Made by a program: the position numbers and the translations under genes
Notes under the pieces: generated by a model
The model's database searches: none
What the model saw: only the letters and a program-made list of their open reading frames with translations
What the model was told of the DNA's origin: nothing
Part shown: one piece after another, positions 58,539 to 64,000 of the stretch
Layout: every line of letters starts with the position of its first letter
Numbering within the stretch: position 1 is the stretch's first letter
From: Patescibacteria group bacterium
GTDB lineage: Bacteria > Patescibacteriota > Patescibacteriia > Magasanikbacterales > UBA922
Assembly (NCBI GenBank): GCA_041658785.1
Contig: JBAZZL010000002.1
Location: forward strand, 1,714 to 65,713
Reading direction: 5' to 3'
Length of the DNA: 64,000 bases

Positions 58539-58919
58539 CACTACTTCCGACGCTAACGAAATAATCTTCTGGAATCCTTTGATGCGTAATTCTCGGGCAA
58601 CCGGACCAAAAATGCGCGTCCCTTTTGGTTCTTTGTCTTTTTTATCAATAATTACCGCCGCATTTTCATCAAATCTAATATAGGTGCCGTCTTTTCTGCG
58701 CCGCTCTTTCTTTTGTCTGACAATTACCGCGTGAACTATATCGCTCTTTTTGACTGCGCCGCGCGGGTCTGCCTCTTTTACTGTACACGTGATAATGTCG
58801 CCAAGCTGAGCATATCGTTTCTTGTATCCGCCAAGCACACGAATACACATTAGCTTTTTTGCGCCGCTATTATCTGCTACTTTTAACATTGTCCGGTGTT
58901 GAATCATATATACATCCAA
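58536..58919 (-). CDS. rplN: 50S ribosomal protein L14
   Basis: Likely start MIQHRT (58907). Confidence 0.9.
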   Translation of the reverse strand: MDVYMIQHRTMLKVADNSGAKKLMCIRVLGGYKKRYAQLGDIITCTVKEADPRGAVKKSDIVHAVIVRQKKERRRKDGTYIRFDENAAVIIDKKDKEPKGTRIFGPVARELRIKGFQKIISLASEVV

Positions 58920-58966
58920 ATTACTCCGCCTAAGGCTGACCTGCCTTGAGTGCAGAATGGCGCAAT

Positions 58967-59254
58967 TTACGACTTTTTAACAACTTCCAATAATCTCCAT
59001 CGTTTGGTCTTGCTCAACGGCCGACACTCTTGAAATATCACCCGATCTCCAACCTTTGTCTCGTTTTTCTCATCATGTATTGCATATTTCTTGGAACTAA
59101 TGTATTGCTTGTGGTACTTTTTATGCATCTTGGCGGTGATAACCAAAACATGCGCAGTCTTATTTTCATTTTTATTAACCACTTCCCCCTCAAATCGACG
59201 GCGTACTTTTGTCTGTCCGGTTTTCTGTTGCGATTGCTTCGTGTCTTTATCCAT
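58967..59254 (-). CDS. rpsQ: 30S ribosomal protein S17
   Basis: OB-fold S17 core. Confidence 0.85.
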   Translation of the reverse strand: MDKDTKQSQQKTGQTKVRRRFEGEVVNKNENKTAHVLVITAKMHKKYHKQYISSKKYAIHDEKNETKVGDRVIFQECRPLSKTKRWRLLEVVKKS

Positions 59255-59305
59255 ATTATTTTAAATTTGGCATCTATTGAGAAACTGCGCCATTGTTTTG
59301 GTTAA

Positions 59306-59530
59306 TTACTTTGAAAATTTTCTTTGATTCAAGATCGTCAAAATGCTCGCGATCGTCTTCCTGACTTTAGAAATTAATTTAACATTTTTTAGCTGTCCCT
59401 CGCTTGCTTTAAACCTCAGCTCGCGAAGCTCATTTTGCTTCTCTAAAAACAACTCATTCAACTCTTTATCATTTTTTCGTCTATAATCAATAGTTTCCAT
59501 ATTAACAAATTTATCTCCAACCCCTTCCAA
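59306..59530 (-). CDS. rpmC: 50S ribosomal protein L29
   Basis: Helical L29. Likely start METIDY (59500). Confidence 0.8.
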   Translation of the reverse strand: MEGVGDKFVNMETIDYRRKNDKELNELFLEKQNELRELRFKASEGQLKNVKLISKVRKTIASILTILNQRKFSK

Positions 59531-59589
59531 AATACCCCGCAGGAAGACACTTGGATTTAATCAATGGTATGAACCCTGGAGCAAACTCT

Positions 59590-59672
59590 GGACTCTTGTT
59601 CCGTCCCGACACAAAATCGGGACGGGAAAACTTGTCCGGCGCAGCCCGTCCGCCAGCTGGCGGACGGGCGGA
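59590..59672. repeat. palindromic insert in rplP-rpmC spacer containing CGTCCGCCAGCTGGCGGACG
   Basis: Hairpins GTCCCGAC-acaaaat-CGGGAC and GCCCGTCCGCCAGCTGGCGGACGGGC. Same 20-bp palindrome as the 10728-10751 terminator. Confidence 0.5.
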
Positions 59673-59688
59673 GACGGATTTATCAACT

Positions 59689-60102
59689 TCATTTCTTGGC
59701 GACAAATCTTGATTTAACTGGCATTTTGTGGCCGGCTAATACCAGCGCCTCTTGCGCTTTTTCTTTTGACACGCCTTCCATCTCAAACATCACCGTTCCC
59801 GGCTTGACTGTGCACACATAATGATCCGGCGTGCCTTTTCCCCCTCCCATCGGCACTTCCGATCCTTTCTTCGTCACTGGACGATCTGGAAAAATCCTTA
59901 TCCATATTTTCCCGCCACGTCTGACATATCTTGTCATTACTCGCCTTGCCGCTTCAATCTGTCTGGAAGTAACCCAAGAATACCCCAGCGAAGACAAACC
60001 ATAACTTCCAAAAGCTATAAAATTTGTCCTCGTAGCCAGACCCTTTCCTCCGCGGCGCGGCCGGTGCCATTTTCTGTGTTTTGCTTTCTTAGGTATTAAC
60101 AT
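59689..60102 (-). CDS. rplP: 50S ribosomal protein L16
   Basis: 137 aa. L16 signature. Confidence 0.9.
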   Translation of the reverse strand: MLIPKKAKHRKWHRPRRGGKGLATRTNFIAFGSYGLSSLGYSWVTSRQIEAARRVMTRYVRRGGKIWIRIFPDRPVTKKGSEVPMGGGKGTPDHYVCTVKPGTVMFEMEGVSKEKAQEALVLAGHKMPVKSRFVAKK

Positions 60103-60105
60103 ATC

Positions 60106-60831
60106 TCAATTACTAGCTACAAGTTGTTGCTTTCCTTTTTTTTCTTTTTTATCTCTTTTCTCATCGCTCTCTTCATTTTTACCAAATCGATCCTTCCTGG
60201 TAAATACTTCTCCCTTATAAATCCAGACTTTTATGCCAATCTTCCCATAAGTGGTATCAGCCTCTACAAGCGCATAATCAATATCGCTTCGAAGAGTGAT
60301 TAGAGGAACTTTGCCAAAAGAAAGGGTCTCGGTACGAGCAATTTCTACTCCGTTTAATCTTCCTGACATCCTTACTTTTACTCCTTGAGCGCCGGCTTTC
60401 ATCACTCGATCAATGCCTTGCTTCATTACGCGCCGGAATGGGATACGTCTCTTTATATCAGACTCCATCGTCTGCGCCGCTACCGACGCAGACAAAGCCG
60501 GCGAGCGCAGCTCCTGCACATTTATCTTAACTTTCAAACCCATCTTCAAAAATTTTCGTTCAATATGTTTTCTTACTTCATCCAGGCCCTTGCCGCCTCG
60601 GCCAATAATAAATCCCGGCTTTGCGGCGATAATAGTGACTGTCATATTCTTCGGACCGCGTTCAACACTAATTGCGTCAATATGCGCTTCCTTGAACTTA
60701 TCTCCCAAATATCCGCGTATTTTGATGTCTTGCTCCGCGTACTGCGCGTAATTCTTCTTTCCGAACCATTTCGAATCCCAAGAATACACTATCAGCATTC
60801 TGTGAATTGTTGGATGTACTTTGTGGCCCAT
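60106..60831 (-). CDS. rpsC: 30S ribosomal protein S3
   Basis: KH domain. C-terminal Lys-rich tail. Confidence 0.9.
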   Translation of the reverse strand: MGHKVHPTIHRMLIVYSWDSKWFGKKNYAQYAEQDIKIRGYLGDKFKEAHIDAISVERGPKNMTVTIIAAKPGFIIGRGGKGLDEVRKHIERKFLKMGLKVKINVQELRSPALSASVAAQTMESDIKRRIPFRRVMKQGIDRVMKAGAQGVKVRMSGRLNGVEIARTETLSFGKVPLITLRSDIDYALVEADTTYGKIGIKVWIYKGEVFTRKDRFGKNEESDEKRDKKEKKGKQQLVASN

Positions 60832-60839
60832 AATAATAT

Positions 60840-61244
60840 TTAATCTTTATCTTCTACCTTATCTTCTACCTTGCCCGCCGCTTTTCTTTTTGTTTTTTCA
60901 TCGGCATCTCCCTCTAAAATAATCGTGATATGACTTGTTCTTTTTTTTATCTTTGCCGCTCGGCCAAAGGCGCGGGGCATCCATCGATATAAAATCGGTC
61001 CGCCGTCAACAAAAGCTTGTTTAACAATCAAAGAATTTTCCTTCACATTGTCATTATGCGTCGCATTTGCAATTGCGGACTTCAGAAGTTTAATTACCGG
61101 CAAAGAGGCATGTTTTGTGGAAAGTTCTAATTGCGCAATCGCTTCCTTCACCTTCATGCCACGAACCAAACCAATCAATAGACGCACCTTTCTTGGACTC
61201 ATTCTCAAATATCTAAGTTTTGCTCTTGTTTCAACTTTTGTCAT
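60840..61244 (-). CDS. rplV: 50S ribosomal protein L22 (start reassigned to MTKVETRAK)
   Basis: The ORF-track start at 61280 would translate the heptamer array (MEIRNWKLEIGN). The ATG at 61244 gives a canonical L22. Confidence 0.85.
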   Translation of the reverse strand: MTKVETRAKLRYLRMSPRKVRLLIGLVRGMKVKEAIAQLELSTKHASLPVIKLLKSAIANATHNDNVKENSLIVKQAFVDGGPILYRWMPRAFGRAAKIKKRTSHITIILEGDADEKTKRKAAGKVEDKVEDKD

Positions 61245-61245
61245 A

Positions 61246-61366
61246 TTTCCAATTTCCAATTTCCAGTTTCTAATTTCCAATTTCCAATTTCCAGTTTCTA
61301 ATTTCCAGTTTCTAATTTCCAGTTTCTAATTTCCAGTTTCTAATTTCCAATTTCAATTTAATTAAC
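61246..61366. repeat. heptamer tandem array (~17 units of TTCCAAT/TTCCAGT/TTCTAAT) in rpsS-rplV spacer
   Basis: Longest array of the family in the window. Confidence 0.7.
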
Positions 61367-61407
61367 TCAATATCAATTCATTATAATAAATATTTTATGA
61401 CTGCGTA

Positions 61408-61749
61408 TTATTTTACTTTACTAGCAGTATTGGCAGTATTAACAGCGCTGGCGGTGCTCGCAGCGCCGGCAGCGGTCTGTTCCTTCGCTATCCTGCCTCC
61501 ATGAACTGTAAATTTTCTGGTTGGTGAAAACTCGCCAAGTTTGTGCCCAACCATATTTTCATCGGCAAAAACATCAATAAAAGAACGGCCATTGTGTACG
61601 GCAAACGTCATCCCCACCATCTCTGGTGTAATTGTGCTGGCTCGAGACCAAGTCTTGATCGGTTTTCTATCTTTTGTCGCTTTTGCCGCAGCAATCTTTT
61701 TTATCAAATTTAAATCAACGTATGGACCTTTTTTAAGACTTCTTGACAT
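61408..61749 (-). CDS. rpsS: 30S ribosomal protein S19 with Ala/Thr-rich C-terminal extension
   Basis: Core S19. About 20 extra C-terminal residues. Confidence 0.85.
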   Translation of the reverse strand: MSRSLKKGPYVDLNLIKKIAAAKATKDRKPIKTWSRASTITPEMVGMTFAVHNGRSFIDVFADENMVGHKLGEFSPTRKFTVHGGRIAKEQTAAGAASTASAVNTANTASKVK

Positions 61750-61751
61750 AT

Positions 61752-61828
61752 TTACTAGTTCATAGTTCAGAGCCAGTAGCCAATAGTTTTGAACCCCATT
61801 ATTGGCTATGAACTATTGGCTCTGAACT
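61752..61828. repeat. imperfect ~75-bp palindrome (TAGTTCATAGTTCAGAGCCAATAG family) in rplB-rpsS spacer
   Basis: Both halves are reverse complements with few mismatches. Confidence 0.4.
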
Positions 61829-61834
61829 AATAAT

Positions 61835-62686
61835 TTATTTTTTACGCTTACTAACAATCATCCTATTGCTCTTTTTCCCTCTTTTGCGCGTCTTTAGACC
61901 CATGGCTTTCTTGCCCCATGGCGTCTTTGGCCCTTTCCTCATGCCGATAGGAGAATGTCCTTCTCCGCCGCCGTGCGGGTGATCAACCGGATTCATATTC
62001 TTTCCTTTAACAGTAGGTCTCCAACCGCGATGGCGCATCCGTCCGGCCTTGCCAAGCCTGACCAACTTAATATCAGGATTGCCAACCATTCCAATCGTTG
62101 CCATACATTCTTTTTTTACTAGGCGCACTTCTCCAGAAGGCAACTTCAGTTGGGCAAACTTTCCTTCTACGGTCTGCAATTGCGCTCCTGTCCCAGCAGA
62201 CCTTACAATCTGTCCGCCTTTGTCCGGCTCAAGTTCAACATTATACACAAATAAACCAACCGGAATATTTTCAAGCGGCATCCGCACGCCTTTCTGCGCG
62301 TCTACTTTTCTTTTTGTCGATATTATTTTATCGCCAACTTTAAATCCCGCTCCGCCAAGAATATATGACTTTACCCCGTCCTCGTATTGAATCAAAGCGA
62401 TTCGCGCGTTACGATTTGGATCATATTCTATCGCAATCACTTCTGCTGGAATATCAAATCTCGCGCGTTTGAAATCAACCATTCTGTATAATCTTTTTAC
62501 TCCTCCGCCTCTATGGCGAACAGTAATCCGGCCGGTATTGTTTCTGCCCTTTCTGCGGCTTATTCCCCTGATAAGTGATTTTTCTGATTTTGTCTTTGTA
62601 ATATCAGAAAAATCCTGAACGCTTCCTTTTCGTCTTGATGAAGTGGTCGGTTTGTAATATTTAATTGCCATAATTTTACTCAACAA
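61835..62686 (-). CDS. rplB: 50S ribosomal protein L2
   Basis: GRNN/GGGQ motifs. Likely start MAIKYYKP. Confidence 0.9.
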   Translation of the reverse strand: MLSKIMAIKYYKPTTSSRRKGSVQDFSDITKTKSEKSLIRGISRRKGRNNTGRITVRHRGGGVKRLYRMVDFKRARFDIPAEVIAIEYDPNRNARIALIQYEDGVKSYILGGAGFKVGDKIISTKRKVDAQKGVRMPLENIPVGLFVYNVELEPDKGGQIVRSAGTGAQLQTVEGKFAQLKLPSGEVRLVKKECMATIGMVGNPDIKLVRLGKAGRMRHRGWRPTVKGKNMNPVDHPHGGGEGHSPIGMRKGPKTPWGKKAMGLKTRKRGKKSNRMIVSKRKK

Positions 62687-62722
62687 ATTTTCTATCTTTC
62701 ACCCATCCGCGCGAACCGGTTG

Positions 62723-63208
62723 TTAGACACCCTCATGAATATTAACCATCTGCCCCTTTGGGAGCGTAACAATCGCTTTTTTCCAATCACCGCGCTTGCC
62801 TGTTTGCCTGCCAAATCTTACTTTTCTTCCTTCTATATTCATGATACGCACTTTTACCGGCAAAATGCCATACAACTCTTTGATTGCTTTTTTAATCTCA
62901 ATTTTATTTGATCCTTTAGAAACAACAAAACTAATTACACCATCTTTCTCAACCATCGCCGCTTTTTCGCTAACAATTGGACGAACTAATATATTATACG
63001 CGCGCCCGAGCTTGACAGTCTTTTTTGCCGGCGGTGTCTCTAAATCAGGTTTTTTTTTCGCCTTTTCTTTTTTGGCCGCATTCTTTTCTGCATCAGCTGT
63101 TCTTTTCTGGCCGATATTTTTTTCCGCGCGGAAATCCGGCTCTTGATTCTCAACCGCTTCCAACTGGTCTTTTTTTTTCTTTTTGAACCACTTATCTAAA
63201 AGCACCAT
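62723..63208 (-). CDS. rplW: 50S ribosomal protein L23 with ~65-aa Lys-rich N-terminal extension
   Basis: C-terminal 95 aa is canonical L23. N-terminal KKKK/AEKN low-complexity extension. Confidence 0.8.
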   Translation of the reverse strand: MVLLDKWFKKKKKDQLEAVENQEPDFRAEKNIGQKRTADAEKNAAKKEKAKKKPDLETPPAKKTVKLGRAYNILVRPIVSEKAAMVEKDGVISFVVSKGSNKIEIKKAIKELYGILPVKVRIMNIEGRKVRFGRQTGKRGDWKKAIVTLPKGQMVNIHEGV

Positions 63209-63212
63209 ATTT

Positions 63213-63839
63213 TTATGATAATCTTTTTTCTAAAATATCAACGCCTTTTTTCGTTGCGATAACATATTGATGGCGCAAAAGATCCGCCACGTTCACATCT
63301 TGCGCTCTGCTTGCATCAATTTTATCTGCGTTATTAATCGCTCGCAAGATTATTTCATTTTTTTCTTCAGTCAGCAATAATGTGGTCTTGCCGGCGCCAG
63401 GAAGCTTTCTCCGAAGCGCGACTGCGTTTTTTGTCTTCCCATCAGCCGGCAGATTTTCCAACACGACAAATTGATTCTCTTTGGCCTTATCAGACAGACA
63501 CATTCTAACTGCTAACCTATTCATTTTTTTATTAATTTTTTTCTTAAAATTTCGGTTTGCATTTGGCCCAAAAGTCACGCCTCCGCCAACCCACAATGGC
63601 GAACGGATTGAGCCGTGCCTTGCTCGTCCTGTTCCTTTTTGCTTCCAAGGTTTACGGCCGCCTCCTCTTACTTCACTTCGATCTTTCACATGCGCCCATG
63701 GCTGGCGCAAATTTGACATAAGAGCGATATACACCTGATGCACGACAGACTCTTTTGGTTTGATGCCAAAAACATCATCTTTCAACTCCAGATTGCCGCT
63801 TTTCTCTCCATTTACATTGTATACATCAACTTTGACCAT
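63213..63839 (-). CDS. rplD: 50S ribosomal protein L4
   Basis: 208 aa. L4 core. Confidence 0.85.
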   Translation of the reverse strand: MVKVDVYNVNGEKSGNLELKDDVFGIKPKESVVHQVYIALMSNLRQPWAHVKDRSEVRGGGRKPWKQKGTGRARHGSIRSPLWVGGGVTFGPNANRNFKKKINKKMNRLAVRMCLSDKAKENQFVVLENLPADGKTKNAVALRRKLPGAGKTTLLLTEEKNEIILRAINNADKIDASRAQDVNVADLLRHQYVIATKKGVDILEKRLS

Positions 63840-63906
63840 ATCTATGACAAAACCAGTAATTAGCTGTTAAAATTATCATTCCGATCTTACACAGTTTCAA
63901 ATTTCT

Positions 63907-63980
63907 CCCGCAGTAAGCGGGATCCCGCCCCGCAATGGAGTCGTGTCCCCATTCGCTACGGGGCTCGCTGCAGGGACAAT
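63907..63980. repeat. GCGGGATCCCGC-centred repeat element (copy B) upstream of rplD
   Basis: cccgcagtaagcgggatcccgccccgcaatggagtcgtgtccccattcgctacggggctcgctgcag. Core shared with 38721-38830. Confidence 0.55.
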
Positions 63981-64000
63981 TTCCTCTTTCTTTTCTTCAT

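Noticed and set aside
59511-59705. 64-aa ORF between rplP and rpmC
   Set aside because: It spans the palindromic insert. The Gly/Arg/Pro-rich product is consistent with a translated hairpin repeat.
60840-61280. L22 with N-terminal MEIRNWKLEIGN
   Set aside because: The extension is the heptamer array read in frame. The internal ATG at 61244 gives a canonical L22.
61246-61366. CRISPR array hypothesis for the tandem repeats
   Set aside because: Units are 7 nt with no unique spacers, and no cas genes are nearby. These are microsatellite-type arrays.
63990-64000. ATG at the window end as rplC start
   Set aside because: Minus-strand reading from 64000 hits a stop after 14 codons. rplC must lie beyond the window.

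Overview
This 64-kb window is AT-rich (GC estimated by eye at roughly 40%) with a compact gene set. It resembles a small-genome bacterium of the Patescibacteria/CPR type. Support for that: no uL30 gene between rpsE and rplO, Z-type S14, lysine-rich ribosomal-protein extensions, GxxExxY and DUF4349 genes, and many tiny repeats.

Housekeeping content:
- + strand, 0-24 kb: partial beta-propeller protein, DsbA-like oxidoreductase, large secreted M23-peptidase/esterase protein, radA, der, pth, dprA, folC-like, topA, rel/spoT.
- - strand: recG, parAB, scpAB, aspS, asnS, dfx, recO, yqgF, map, adk, secY.
- - strand, 52.9-64 kb: a long S10-spc ribosomal block (rplD-rplW-rplB-rpsS-rplV-rpsC-rplP-rpmC-rpsQ-rplN-rplX-rplE-rpsZ-rpsH-rplF-rplR-rpsE-rplO-secY).
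- Four tRNA features: Arg-like, Leu-CAA, Asn-GTT, and a 3' tRNA fragment.

Accessory content:
- A decayed defence island at 41.5-49.5 kb next to tRNA-Asn. It holds a truncated nuclease-methyltransferase fusion, intact HsdS, an AlbA_2/Schlafen-like gene, RhuM, a possible hsdR relic, a RelE/Phd pair, RadC and an AbiEi/AbiEii pair.
- A second toxin-antitoxin pair (YafQ/DinJ-like).
- A DUF3800 gene pair.
- An orphan BrnA-like antitoxin.
- A GC-rich islet at 6.3-8.2 kb.

The most unusual feature is the density of short structured repeat families:
- heptanucleotide tandem arrays,
- a GCGGGATCCCGC-centred hairpin element,
- a roughly 205-bp foldback (MITE-like) element,
- an inverted-repeat-flanked GxxExxY cassette,
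- a 24-nt tandem array.
These lie in intergenic spacers, including inside the ribosomal-protein operon. Several are also inserted in frame into essential genes (radA, recG, yqgF, the rsmB-like gene, recO, topA, folC-like).

No CRISPR array, rRNA or integrase was recognised. All calls come from motif-level reading of the supplied translations and sequence.
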